From an uncultured Gemmatimonadales bacterium (GTDB lineage: Bacteria > Gemmatimonadota > Gemmatimonadetes > Longimicrobiales > RSA9), in assembly GCA_963798845.1 (NCBI GenBank), contig CAWCUS010000006.1, forward strand, positions 928,001 through 992,000: DNA of 64,000 nt. The letters run 5' to 3'. Every line of letters begins with the position of its first letter. The first letter of the stretch is position 1. The notes under the pieces were generated by a model. That model had not been told where the DNA came from. It made no database searches and saw only the letters and a program-made list of their open reading frames with translations. This document shows, one piece after another, positions 19,101 through 28,495 of the stretch. The position numbers and the translations under genes are program-made.

Positions 19101-19408
19101 AGCTGGAAGAGCGGATCGCCGATCTTCAGGTCCGGCTGGACGGAGATCAGAGCGTGGCGGCGCGGCAGTTCGAGACCACGCCTTCCATCAGCGACCGGGT
19201 GCAGACGGCCGTCTACTCGTCGTACGGCGCCACTTCCGCGCCGACGGGGACGCAGCGGGACCAGCTCGCCATCGCGAAGGACCAGATGGCCGAGGTGGCA
19301 CCGGCCGTTGACGCGCTGGTGCGGGACGTCCGCGCGCTGGAGTCGCGGCTCGAGGAGATGGGGGCGCCGTACACGCCGGGACGCCCCTCCGGCGACAGCG
19401 ACAGATAG
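16157..19408 (+). CDS. Large secreted VPS10/BNR-repeat glycosyl-hydrolase-like protein
   Basis: Signal peptide, LREIGPAMTSGRI, many (K/R)(S/T)xDxGx(S/T)W repeats, GGTQDN and a helical C-terminus. Confidence 0.88.
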   Translation: MRMARSLLALTLLSLAAAPVAAQEDSSSTYRGLALREIGPAMTSGRIADLAVNPANPAEYYVATASGGVWKTTDAGISYRPIFDHEGSYSIGVVALDPSNPHVVWVGTGENNAQRSVSYGDGVYKSEDGGKSWKRVGLESSEHVGRIVIDPRNTDVVYVAAQGPVWSAGGDRGLYKTTDGGKTWSKVLDVSENTGVTDLVMDPRDPDLLIAAAWQRRRHVWTYIGGGPESALYRSTDGGASWTKLTKGLPSGDVGRYGLCISPADPDFIYAIVEASGEQGGVYRSTDRGASWTKRDSYNGSGNYYNELICDPKNRDVVAAMDTYAMITTDGGKTWERLGEKNKHVDNHALWIDPADTDHYLMGTDGGLYESYDRGASWQFKPNLPVTQFYDVALDNEKPFYNVYGGTQDNFSMGGPSRTISSAGIVNADWFVTAGGDGFQSQVDPENPDIVYAESQYGGLQRYDRKSGEGVYIQPQPEKGEALRWNWDSPLLISPHSPTRLYFAANRLYRSEDRGDSWRAISPDLSRQLDRNKLPVMGRVWGMDAVAKNASTTIYGNAVALTESPVQEDLLYLGTDDGLIQVTEDAGGQWTRYDRFPGVPERTYVDAVIASRHDASTVYAAFNNKKNGDFKPYLVKSTDKGKHWASIAGDLPERGSVYTLAEDPVDPQLLFAGTEFGVFFTRDSGQHWVQLKGGIPTIAVRDLKIHEPENDLVLATFGRGFWVLDDYSPLRGADAATLSADAHIFPVRDALLYIVKDPFAYAGKGFQGESYYGADNPPFGAVFTYYLKDDIETREEARHEAEKETAKAGRDVAYPSFEEMRAEDREQDPYLLFTITKPSGDVVRRIAAKPSKGMHRIAWNLRYPASTPVDASGAFKPLEEGRDGPYVAPGAYRVSLARVVDGVPTELVAPVEFQVVPLNNATLATSDRDALVAFQQEADALLGQVMRASRRLDEAATTLASVKQATLRSTRVPTSVLQQARELEERIADLQVRLDGDQSVAARQFETTPSISDRVQTAVYSSYGATSAPTGTQRDQLAIAKDQMAEVAPAVDALVRDVRALESRLEEMGAPYTPGRPSGDSDR

Positions 19409-19432
19409 CAGGCGCATTCACTGTCGGGCCGG

Positions 19433-19476
19433 ACGGGAAAGCGGCTGGCGGGTCACCCCGCCAGCCGCTTTCCCGT
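19433..19476. terminator. Perfect 20-bp hairpin between convergent genes (probable bidirectional terminator)
   Basis: ACGGGAAAGCGGCTGGCGGG-TCAC-CCCGCCAGCCGCTTTCCCGT. Confidence 0.75.
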
Positions 19477-19509
19477 TTCCCCTGCCACCGGTGCGGCGAC
19501 GGTGTGTTC

Positions 19510-20475
19510 TCAGAAGAGCTCGTAGCGTCCGCGGTCCACGTCCTCGAGGAGGTCCTGGAGTCGCCGCCAGACACCGTGGATCTCGCCCCGGGTCAGGCCC
19601 AGCTGGATCCGGTCGCCGTGGCGGCGGACGCCCCGGTCGGCCGAAAGGTTCGGCCCGGGCGGCACGGATTCGAGGAGCCGGTCGGGGCCGATCCGGAACT
19701 CCGCGACGGTCTCGAGCTGCGCCGTGAGGTCGTCCTCGGTCAGGGTGCGCAGACGCTCGACGGTGGAGCGCGGGAGGCGCTTCACACGGATGCGCCGCCA
19801 TTCCGCGCCGCGGTTGCTCGCTTCGCTCGCGAAGGCGACACCGTTGTCTACCGAGTACACGCGCGGTCCGGTGGAGTCGCGGGAGATCAGGAAGTTGCCG
19901 GCGTTCGAGTCGGAGTGCCGGACCAGGTAGGTGAAGAGGTTGAAGTTGCCGATGGCGCGGGCGTAGGCGGTGTCGGTCTCGACGCGGTCCGGCTGCCAGA
20001 AGTCCTCGGGCGTGACGTTGAAGAGCCAGTACTGGAGCGCGACGACGACGGACTCGGTATCCAGGAACGTGGCGTGGGCATTCGGGTTCAGCGTGCGGTA
20101 CCAGACCAGCGGGAATGCGCGCAGGACCGTGGGCGGCACCACGATCTGGCTGTTGTCCAGGAACAGCCGCTGGAGCTGGTACGCGGCCACCTCGTAACGC
20201 GGGCTGTTGTTGAATGCCTCGCCACCCGGGGCCGCCGGCGCCCACTTCGTCACGAACATCTCGCCGTCGCCGAACTTCAGCGCCATGCGGCTGGTTCGGT
20301 CCCCCTCGAACCGCGAACCTCGCTCGTCCACGATCGTGAACGCCCCGTGATGGAGCCGCGCATCGATGGTGTCCACGGGAGCGAGGAAGTTGCCCTGGGC
20401 GCGGGCGCCCGGGACGAGTGCGAGCCAGAGCAGCGCAGAGAGGGCGGCGGAGTGTGAACGGTGGATGCGGATCAT
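19510..20475 (-). CDS. Secreted atypical kinase-like protein (second copy)
   Basis: Signal peptide ending GARA|Q, plus FVTKW, RYEVAAYQL, VVPPTV, LVRHSDSNAGNFL and YSVDNGVAF. Confidence 0.7.
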   Translation of the reverse strand: MIRIHRSHSAALSALLWLALVPGARAQGNFLAPVDTIDARLHHGAFTIVDERGSRFEGDRTSRMALKFGDGEMFVTKWAPAAPGGEAFNNSPRYEVAAYQLQRLFLDNSQIVVPPTVLRAFPLVWYRTLNPNAHATFLDTESVVVALQYWLFNVTPEDFWQPDRVETDTAYARAIGNFNLFTYLVRHSDSNAGNFLISRDSTGPRVYSVDNGVAFASEASNRGAEWRRIRVKRLPRSTVERLRTLTEDDLTAQLETVAEFRIGPDRLLESVPPGPNLSADRGVRRHGDRIQLGLTRGEIHGVWRRLQDLLEDVDRGRYELF

Positions 20476-20484
20476 CGGATCCTC

Positions 20485-21966
20485 CTACCGCCCCGGTGCC
20501 GGGCTGCCGGCGGGGGCGGGCTGGGTTGACGGGTCGCGATTCGGCCTTGCCGAGGCGGGGAGCCGGACGGGGAGGCGGACCGTGAACCGGGTGCCTTTCC
20601 CCGGCTCGCTCCGGATGTCGATGTGGCCATGGTGCCGATCCACGATCTGGCGCGTGATGAGGAGACCCATGCCCATTCCCATGCGCTTCCCCTTGGTCGT
20701 GAACCCCGGATCGAAGATGCGCGCGAGGTTGTCTGGAGCAATGCCGACGCCCGTGTCCTCCACGTCGATGGCGACCTCGTCCCCCTGATGGCGCGTGCGG
20801 ATCGTGATGGTGCCGTTGCCGTGCATGGCCTGCGCGGCGTTCACGATGAGGTTCATGAAGACCTGGTGGACCTGGTTCGGATAACACTCCACCCGCGGCA
20901 GCGCTCCGTACTCCTTCACGACCTCCACTCGGCCCTTGAGCTGGTGGTCCACGATGGCGAGCGTGCTCTCGAGCCCCTCGTGCAGGTCGGCGAAGTCGAC
21001 TTCCGAGCGATCGTCCCGGCCGAAGGTGCGCAGGCTGGTCACCAGGCGCATCATCCGGTCGACCGCCAGGTTGTTTGTATCCGTTACGCCGTCCACTGCC
21101 TTGACAATGCGTCGGACATCCTCGAGCTCGTCCTCGTCCACGACCTCGTCGGCGAGGATCTCCCGGAGCCGGGTCAGCGCCCGGTGGATCGTGTCGTGGT
21201 TGCTGTGCAGCGCGCCGAGAGGAGTGTTGATCTCGTGCGCCACGCCAGCGATCAGGTTTCCGAGCGTGGCCAGCTTCGCGGACCCGACCAGCTCGGCCTG
21301 CGCGCTTCGCAGCTTGGCGTAGGCCGCTTCGACCTCATCGTGAGACTGCTGGATGCGGTCCGACATCTCCGTCAGCCGGTCGTTCGCCCGGGCGAGCTCA
21401 CGGCTCTGTCGCCTGCCGGCTTCGGCGTACCGTCCGACCACGGTCGACAGCCCCGCGATGACCGACATGGAGATGAAGAAGGCGCCCAGCGCGTAGCGGG
21501 GCTGGGCGTACTCCGGGTCGATGGCGGAAAAGAGGGCGCCGGCCGGGACGGCGCCGACCGCTTCCGCCAGGATGAGCGCGGCGCTGGCGACGATGGCCAT
21601 GGCCGAACCGGCCATCCCCCAGCCGCCGGGGTAGAGCATGTTCCACTCCACCGCCGGGAACAGGAGGAAGAGCGTCGCCAGCCAGCTGCTCGCCCCGATG
21701 TAGTGGGCCACGAGCACGGCCGCGAGGATCTCCAGGGAGAAGACCGCGAAGCGGAAGAAGAAGAAGTAGGGTGTGTGGCGGTGGGCATCGAGCCACATCA
21801 GGGCCAGGGAGGAGGCGGAGAACCAGACGGCGGTGATGGCGAAGAAGCGGACATCGAGCGGGAGACGGAGCACGGCGAGGAAGAGCGCCCCGGCGGCGAG
21901 CGACCAACCCGCCACCGCCGCCCGTGCGCGGATCGGCCGGTAGAGCGGGGCCTCCGTTGCACTCAC
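20485..21966 (-). CDS. Membrane sensor histidine kinase
   Basis: Multi-TM N-terminus, AGVAHEINTPL (H box), QVFMNLIVNAAQA, DTGVGI, FDPGFTTK and GMGMGL. Confidence 0.93.
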   Translation of the reverse strand: MSATEAPLYRPIRARAAVAGWSLAAGALFLAVLRLPLDVRFFAITAVWFSASSLALMWLDAHRHTPYFFFFRFAVFSLEILAAVLVAHYIGASSWLATLFLLFPAVEWNMLYPGGWGMAGSAMAIVASAALILAEAVGAVPAGALFSAIDPEYAQPRYALGAFFISMSVIAGLSTVVGRYAEAGRRQSRELARANDRLTEMSDRIQQSHDEVEAAYAKLRSAQAELVGSAKLATLGNLIAGVAHEINTPLGALHSNHDTIHRALTRLREILADEVVDEDELEDVRRIVKAVDGVTDTNNLAVDRMMRLVTSLRTFGRDDRSEVDFADLHEGLESTLAIVDHQLKGRVEVVKEYGALPRVECYPNQVHQVFMNLIVNAAQAMHGNGTITIRTRHQGDEVAIDVEDTGVGIAPDNLARIFDPGFTTKGKRMGMGMGLLITRQIVDRHHGHIDIRSEPGKGTRFTVRLPVRLPASARPNRDPSTQPAPAGSPAPGR

Positions 21967-22442
21967 AGGAAGGCCTTCACCAGGCGGCGCCGGATCTCGA
22001 ACAGCTCCGAGTGCGCGTCCTCGAGAGCCATGACGCGGCTTTCCAGCTCGTTGAACAGTGTCGAGCGCTCCACCCCGTTCCGGATCACCAGCTTCAGGTG
22101 CTCGTTGTTCCAGGGCTTCTCGAGGTAGTAGTAAAGCCCCGCCTCGTTGATCGCGCGGATCGCGTTCTCCTTGTCCGCGTACCCGGTGAGCAGGATGCGC
22201 GTGGCCTGCGGCTTCTTCGACCGGAGGTTCCGCAGGAACGTGATGCCGTCCATCTCCGGCATCATGAAGTCCGCGACCACCACGCTCACGGGCTCCGACT
22301 CCACGTCCTCCAGGGCTCGCAGCGGAGAGGTGTAGGTGAGGATCCGGTAGGAGGTCTCCAGCTCCAGGAAGCTGCGGAGCGCCGTGGCGACCATGTCCTC
22401 GTCGTCCACGATCATGACGGTAGGCGTCTGCGGGTCAGGCAT
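21963..22442 (-). CDS. Response regulator (receiver domain plus short coiled tail, no DNA-binding domain)
   Basis: IVDDE, VADFMMPEMDG, LLTGYA and EKPW. Overlaps the kinase start by 4 nt. Confidence 0.93.
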   Translation of the reverse strand: MPDPQTPTVMIVDDEDMVATALRSFLELETSYRILTYTSPLRALEDVESEPVSVVVADFMMPEMDGITFLRNLRSKKPQATRILLTGYADKENAIRAINEAGLYYYLEKPWNNEHLKLVIRNGVERSTLFNELESRVMALEDAHSELFEIRRRLVKAFL

Positions 22443-22470
22443 TTTTCACGAAAGCGGCGAGGAGCGGTGG

Positions 22471-25400
22471 TCAGGCCACCAGCGTGCGGACGCGGCGCGC
22501 CAGCCCCTGGAGCAACCCGAGGGCGAGCTCGGCGTGGTCCGCGAGGAGATCGTAGAAATCGGCCCGGGCGATGCGCAGGAGCCGGCTGGGCATTACCGTG
22601 GTGGCCGTCACCAGGCTCGGCGCCTCGTCGATGAGGGCCCAGGTCCCGAACGCCTGCCCCGGGCCCGCTAGCAGGCGCTGGTCCGCCACCCCACGCATCT
22701 CGACCCTGCCATCCACCACGACGTAGAGCGCATCGGTCGGCTCGTCCTCCCGGATCAGCACGGTCCCTGCCTCCACCTCGACCTCCTCGGCGATGGACGC
22801 CAGCAGCGCCAGGTGCGCGCTGCGCGCATCCTGGAGCAGGTCGATCTTCTGGAGCAGGAAGACCTTCTCGATGAGATCCATGGAGCTCCGCGTGCCGGCG
22901 TCGCCGTCCGCCAGCAGGCGTTCGGCCAGCGTGCGCAGGTCACCGCGCGTGGACGGAACGATGATACCACGAACCGCCTCCAGGCTCCAGTGCGCTCCGA
23001 TCTCGATCAGCGTCGCCACGGCCAGGCGGGCGATCCACGGGTCTCCGTCCAGGAGGAGCGGGGCCAGCGTGACGTCGGGTGCGGGGGTCCCGCGCGGCAG
23101 GCGAGCCTCGCCCAGGACCGGTCCCACCTTCTCGAACAGGCTGCGATCGAGCACCTCCTCCAGCCATTCCACGGCGTTCGCGCTGGACGACCGCTCGCCG
23201 GCGCGGACGGCGAGGAAGCAGCGGTACACCTCGTCGTGGGGGTAGAGCAGGCCCATGAGCCGGAACACCCCCTCCTGGCGCTCGGACCACGCCTCCTTCA
23301 GCGACCGCGCCAGGAGCGATGCGGCGGGGCCGCGCGCCTCCAGGCGGTGGAGGCAGCCCCGGGCCATGGCGTAACGGGCCGCGGCGTCCACCTCGCGGAA
23401 GATGCTGGCCAGGACCAGGTCACGGTCGAAGCTCAGGTCGGGAAACCGGGCTCGCAGCTGGCTCAGCGCTTTCAGCGTGCGATAGTCCAGGAGCTGGTCC
23501 GTCTCCGGCGCGACGACGCTGTGCAGCATCAGCGTCGCCGCCTTCTGGTCCGCGACCCTCGCCAGCACCGACGGGATGTGCCGCCGGATCGACGGGTGCG
23601 CCGACTCGTCCAGGAGGTAGCTGCCGAGGATGTCGACCGCGCGGGGTCCCTGGTCGGCGAGGGCCTCGCGCGCGGCGTGGCGCGTGCCCGGCGCCTTCAG
23701 CCCGGCGATGATCGCGGCGTGGAAGTCCGGCTCGCCGATCAGACCGGCGCTGCGGATCGCGGCCGAGGCCACGAGGGGGTCGGGGTCGTGGAGGAACGGT
23801 TCCAGCAGCTCGCGGGCACGGGGGTGCGTACGCATCGCCCCGGCGGCGAGGGCCAGCTCGATGCGGGCGCTGCGATCGCCTTCGTACGCCTGCTGCCACC
23901 GCTCGTCCAGGTATCCCGGGTCCAGGACGTCGCCGCCTTCCACTTCGATCTCGCCGCGCGTCAGACAGGCGAGGGTGGCCGTGCGCACGCCCGTGTCGGG
24001 GTCGCGCATCAGCTCCGCGACCGTGTCCCTCACGTGGCCGCGATTCACGGCCACCACGGCCAGGACCGCCTGCTCCCGCACGCCGCGCGCGGTGTCGTGG
24101 AGGCGCGCGCGCACCCGGTCGATGTCCACGATGCCGGGGTCCCGGGCCAGGATGGAGAGCGCCTTGCCCCGGATGTCGGGCGAGGCGTGGTCCAGAAGGT
24201 CGTGCAGCGCGTCCTTGATCGGCGCGGTGTTCGTGGTCCCGCTCTGGTCCACCAGGTCGAGGGCGAACGACGTCTGGACGGGATCGGAGCCGGTGAGCGC
24301 GCTCCGGACCACCTGGACCGTGCTGGCGTCGGCCAGGGTGGAGAGCCCCTGGAAGCTCGCGAAGCGCCCGCGGATCGAACGGGCGAGCGTGCGGACGTAC
24401 TCGCGCCGTATCGCGACCGTCGCCGCCAGCCAGGCCAGCGCCAGTCCCACCACCACGAAGCGCAGCCGGAACGGGGGCACGCCGATGAGATCGACCAGCG
24501 CGAAGATCAGGACGGCCGTGAACGCCTTGCCGAACCCCTTCTCGATGCCGACGTCGATGTACGTCTTCGCCTTCAGCTTGATCGGGTCCGGAACCGGGAC
24601 GTACAGGATCTCGCGGCCGGCGCGCTCGGCCGAATAGCGGAAGGTGAGGTCGGAGGTGCGGGCGATGACCACCGTGTAGATGCTGAAGGCCGCCGCCATG
24701 ACCGCGGTCGAGACCAGCATCAGCACGGGGAGGATGAACACGGCCACGCCCACGCCCCAGCGACGGAGCACCGGCCGCAGCGCCAGCACCGAGAGGATGG
24801 GGAGCGTCGAGGAGATCACGCCGATGATGCCCTGGAAGCGGGTGATCGCGTCCAGCGTCCCGAACTGCTGCTCGGAAAGCGTGTTGAACTCGTAGTCCAC
24901 GAACTGCTTCGTCATGATGGCGAGCAGCACCGTCAGCGCGATCAGCTGGACGTGCGGGTTCGAGAACACCTGCCGGAACTCGCCCACGACGATCTGCTCG
25001 CGACGATGGATCTGCTTCGCCCTCGCCCGCTGCACCCCCGACTCGTCCTCCGGCCACACGAAGAGGATCCCGATCCCGAACGCCAGGATGAACGCTGCCG
25101 CCACCAGCAGAAGGTCCGGCGTCCCGATGACGTGGGCCAGCGACGCGGAGATCCCGCCTCCGAGCGCCGCGCCGATCGCGCCGCCGCCGATCACCAGCGG
25201 ATACGCGCTCCTCGCCGTGCGCGCGTTCAGCAACAGCTGCGTCGCCGCGAAGAACTGCGTCACCAGTGCCGCCGAGAAGAGGTCGTACCAGCCGTAGAAC
25301 GCCAGCCCGTACACCATGCTCCCCTCCCGGTAGGCCAGCCGGAACAGCACCAGGTTCGCCGAGAAGAAGAACGCCACCGCCGGCACCAGCGTGCGCCACC

Positions 25401-25641
25401 CCACTTTGTCCGCCAGCCGGTTGTAGATGGGCACGAACAGGATCACCGCCGCGCTGACCAGGTACGTCCTGTAGAACGCGCCCGATGGCAGACCCGACAG
25501 CGCCAGCGCGTTCTTCGCCGGCTTCATGATCCCCACGGCCGTGACCACGAGGAAATACACGGCCATGAGGCCGAGCAGACGCTTGCGCTCGCCCTTCTGG
25601 TCCTCCGGGAAATCCGGCAGGAGATGATCGAGGATCGACAC
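22471..25641 (-). CDS. NTT/TLC (Npt1/Npt2-like) nucleotide transporter fused to HEAT repeats and a cNMP-binding domain
   Basis: About 12 TM segments with IMKPAKNAL and RYSAERAGREILYVPV...KLKAKTYIDV, then central HEAT repeats. C-terminal LIEKVFLLQKIDLL...LYVVVDGRV...FGTWALID is a cNMP fold. GTG start inferred. Confidence 0.82.
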   Translation of the reverse strand: MSILDHLLPDFPEDQKGERKRLLGLMAVYFLVVTAVGIMKPAKNALALSGLPSGAFYRTYLVSAAVILFVPIYNRLADKVGWRTLVPAVAFFFSANLVLFRLAYREGSMVYGLAFYGWYDLFSAALVTQFFAATQLLLNARTARSAYPLVIGGGAIGAALGGGISASLAHVIGTPDLLLVAAAFILAFGIGILFVWPEDESGVQRARAKQIHRREQIVVGEFRQVFSNPHVQLIALTVLLAIMTKQFVDYEFNTLSEQQFGTLDAITRFQGIIGVISSTLPILSVLALRPVLRRWGVGVAVFILPVLMLVSTAVMAAAFSIYTVVIARTSDLTFRYSAERAGREILYVPVPDPIKLKAKTYIDVGIEKGFGKAFTAVLIFALVDLIGVPPFRLRFVVVGLALAWLAATVAIRREYVRTLARSIRGRFASFQGLSTLADASTVQVVRSALTGSDPVQTSFALDLVDQSGTTNTAPIKDALHDLLDHASPDIRGKALSILARDPGIVDIDRVRARLHDTARGVREQAVLAVVAVNRGHVRDTVAELMRDPDTGVRTATLACLTRGEIEVEGGDVLDPGYLDERWQQAYEGDRSARIELALAAGAMRTHPRARELLEPFLHDPDPLVASAAIRSAGLIGEPDFHAAIIAGLKAPGTRHAAREALADQGPRAVDILGSYLLDESAHPSIRRHIPSVLARVADQKAATLMLHSVVAPETDQLLDYRTLKALSQLRARFPDLSFDRDLVLASIFREVDAAARYAMARGCLHRLEARGPAASLLARSLKEAWSERQEGVFRLMGLLYPHDEVYRCFLAVRAGERSSSANAVEWLEEVLDRSLFEKVGPVLGEARLPRGTPAPDVTLAPLLLDGDPWIARLAVATLIEIGAHWSLEAVRGIIVPSTRGDLRTLAERLLADGDAGTRSSMDLIEKVFLLQKIDLLQDARSAHLALLASIAEEVEVEAGTVLIREDEPTDALYVVVDGRVEMRGVADQRLLAGPGQAFGTWALIDEAPSLVTATTVMPSRLLRIARADFYDLLADHAELALGLLQGLARRVRTLVA

Positions 25642-25841
25642 GGGTACGCGGTTAGCGTAGATCTGGAAGCCGGCTACATTAGAACCCGCCCTGCAGCGCC
25701 GCGCAATACGGCGCATTTCCGGCATCGCAGATCCGGATGGCGGGGGCGGTTGCAGGAAAACGATGCAGAAGAGGCAGGCGTTGCCACAACCGCGGGCCGG
25801 ATCGGCACGTGCGCGGTCAGGGGCGAGACGAGGAAGAGGCG

Positions 25842-26792
25842 GTGCGCGACAACATCTGGTTCTGGATCGGGTTCAATGCGTTCGTCCTCGCGATGCTCGC
25901 GCTCGATCTCGGCGTATTCCACCGGCGCACGCACGAGGTGAAGCTGCGGGAGGCGCTGGCGTGGACGGGGACGTGGGCAGCGCTGGCCCTGCTGTTCGGG
26001 CTGGGGCTTTGGCGGTTCGAGGGTGGTGGCCCGGCGCTGGAGTATCTGACGGGGTACATCATCGAGCTGTCGTTGAGCGTGGACAACATCTTCGTGTTCG
26101 CGCTGGCGTTCTCGTATTTCCGGGTGCCGCGCAGGCTGCAGCATCGGGTGCTGTTCTGGGGGATCCTGGGTGCGCTCGGCATGCGGGCGGGGATGATCTT
26201 CCTGGGAGCAGCGCTGATCCGTCGGTTCGAGTTCGTGATCTACCTGTTCGGCGCCTTTCTCGTATACACGGGCGTGCGGATGTTCCGGCACAGGGGACCG
26301 GAACTGAACCTGAAGGACAACCGGGTGGTCCGGTTGGCGGGTCGCGTGATGCCGGTGCTGCAGCGCTATCACGGGGACAAGTTCTTCGTGCGGCGGCAGG
26401 GGATCCTGGCGGCGACGCCGCTTTTCGTGGTGTTGCTGGTGGTGGAAGCGAGCGACGTGATGTTCGCGTTGGACTCGATCCCGGCGATCTTCGGGATCAC
26501 TCGCGAGGCGTTCATCGTGTACACGTCGAACATCTTCGCGATTCTGGGGCTGCGCTCGCTGTACTTCGCGCTGGCGGGCGTGATCGGGCTGTTCCGGCAC
26601 CTGCCGACGGGGCTGGCGGCGGTTCTCACGTTCGTGGGTTTGAAGATGCTGCTGTCGGACGTGATCCACGTGCCGGTCTGGGTAGCGCTCGGGGTGGTGG
26701 TGGGGATCCTGGGGATCTCCGTTGCGTGGTCGCTGCTGGACCGTGACGGCGAGCGGCAGGAGGGTGAGAGCCGCGACTTCTTCGAGGGGTGA
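25842..26792 (+). CDS. TerC-family membrane protein (Alx-like)
   Basis: ELSLSVDNIFVF, QHRVLFWGILGAL, DVMFALDSIPAIF and TSNIFAILGLRSLYF. Confidence 0.93.
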   Translation: MRDNIWFWIGFNAFVLAMLALDLGVFHRRTHEVKLREALAWTGTWAALALLFGLGLWRFEGGGPALEYLTGYIIELSLSVDNIFVFALAFSYFRVPRRLQHRVLFWGILGALGMRAGMIFLGAALIRRFEFVIYLFGAFLVYTGVRMFRHRGPELNLKDNRVVRLAGRVMPVLQRYHGDKFFVRRQGILAATPLFVVLLVVEASDVMFALDSIPAIFGITREAFIVYTSNIFAILGLRSLYFALAGVIGLFRHLPTGLAAVLTFVGLKMLLSDVIHVPVWVALGVVVGILGISVAWSLLDRDGERQEGESRDFFEG

Positions 26793-26906
26793 GCGAGTCT
26801 TTGCCCGGGTCGGGGCGGGCTCCTAGCTTGTCGCTCGTTCCGCGACGCCGGGCGGGAGAGCGTGCCCGCGCGCTCCGAGACCCTCGAAGCCGGGGATGAT
26901 CCGACC

Positions 26907-27397
<491 letters not shown>

Positions 27398-27401
<4 letters not shown>

Positions 27402-28495
27402 TGCATCTGGGCATCCTCGGGGGCGGACAGCTGGGGCGGATGATGGCGCTGGCGGGCTACCCGCTCGGAGTCGGCACTCGCCTGCTGGATCCCAAGGACC
27501 CGAAGTCCTCGGCGGAGGTGTCCACGGTGCTGGCGCATCCGTATGACGACGCGTCCGCACTGGCGAGCTTCGCCGAAGGTCTCGACGCGGTGACTTACGA
27601 GTTCGAGAACGTGGACGCGGCGGCGCTCGACTACCTGGACGACCACCTCCCCGTGCGGCCGCCTCGCCGGGCGCTGGAAGTGTCACAGGACCGGCTGACG
27701 GAAAAGCTCTTCTTCCGGGAGCACGGGATCGCCACGGCCCCTTTCGCGGCGGTGGACTCGCTCGGTGGGCTGGAAGCGGCAGTGGGGTCCGTGGGGCTTC
27801 CGGCCGTGCTGAAGACCCGTCGCTTCGGCTACGATGGGAAGGGGCAGGCGCTGATCCGCACGGCCGCAGACGTGGAGTCGGCGTGGGCGTCGCTGGGCGG
27901 GGTGCCGCTGATCCTCGAGGGGTTCGTCGCCTTCGACCGGGAGCTGTCGATCCTGTCGGTCAGGGGAACCGGCGGGGAGGAGGCGTTCTACCCGCTGGTG
28001 GAGAACCACCACGAGAGCGGGATCCTGCGCGTCTCCTTCGCGCCCGCGCCGGAGTGGACGCCGGCGCTGCAGGCGGCCGCGGAGTCGTTTGCGCGGACGG
28101 TGCTGGAATCGCTGGACTACGTGGGCGTGCTGGCGATCGAGCTGTTCCAGGTGGGCGACCGTCTGCTCGCCAACGAGATGGCGCCGCGCGTGCACAACTC
28201 CGGGCACTGGTCCATCGAGGGGGCGGAGACGAGCCAGTTCGAGAACCACGTGCGCGCCGTGCTCGGCCTGCCGCTGGGATCGACCGCGATGCGCGGCCAC
28301 GCCGCCATGGTGAACCTGATCGGCGCCCTGCCCCCGGTGGCCGAGGTCCTGCGGCACCGCGGGGCGCACCTGCACCTGTACGGCAAGGAGCCGCGGCCGG
28401 GAAGGAAGGTCGCGCACATGACCGTCCGGGATCAAGACCCTGCCGTCGTGCGTGCCACGGTGGAGGAGCTACGGTCGCTCGATGGGGCGAGATGA
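27398..28495 (+). CDS. purK: N5-CAIR synthetase
   Basis: [37 protein letters not shown] and HLYGK. Overlaps the purE stop. Confidence 0.97.

Noticed and set aside
25642..25841. yybP-ykoY (Mn2+) riboswitch ahead of the TerC/Alx gene
   Set aside because: Expected from context, and GGCGAGAC near 25822 resembles its 3' end, but the 5' GGGGAGUAG element is not visible. An Rfam cmsearch would settle it.
22813..25941. Long antisense or alternative-frame ORFs (this one, 10796-12871, 49415-51901, 58688-61078, 60777-63188 and others)
   Set aside because: These are shadow ORFs expected at very high GC, opposite well-supported genes and with no recognisable motifs.
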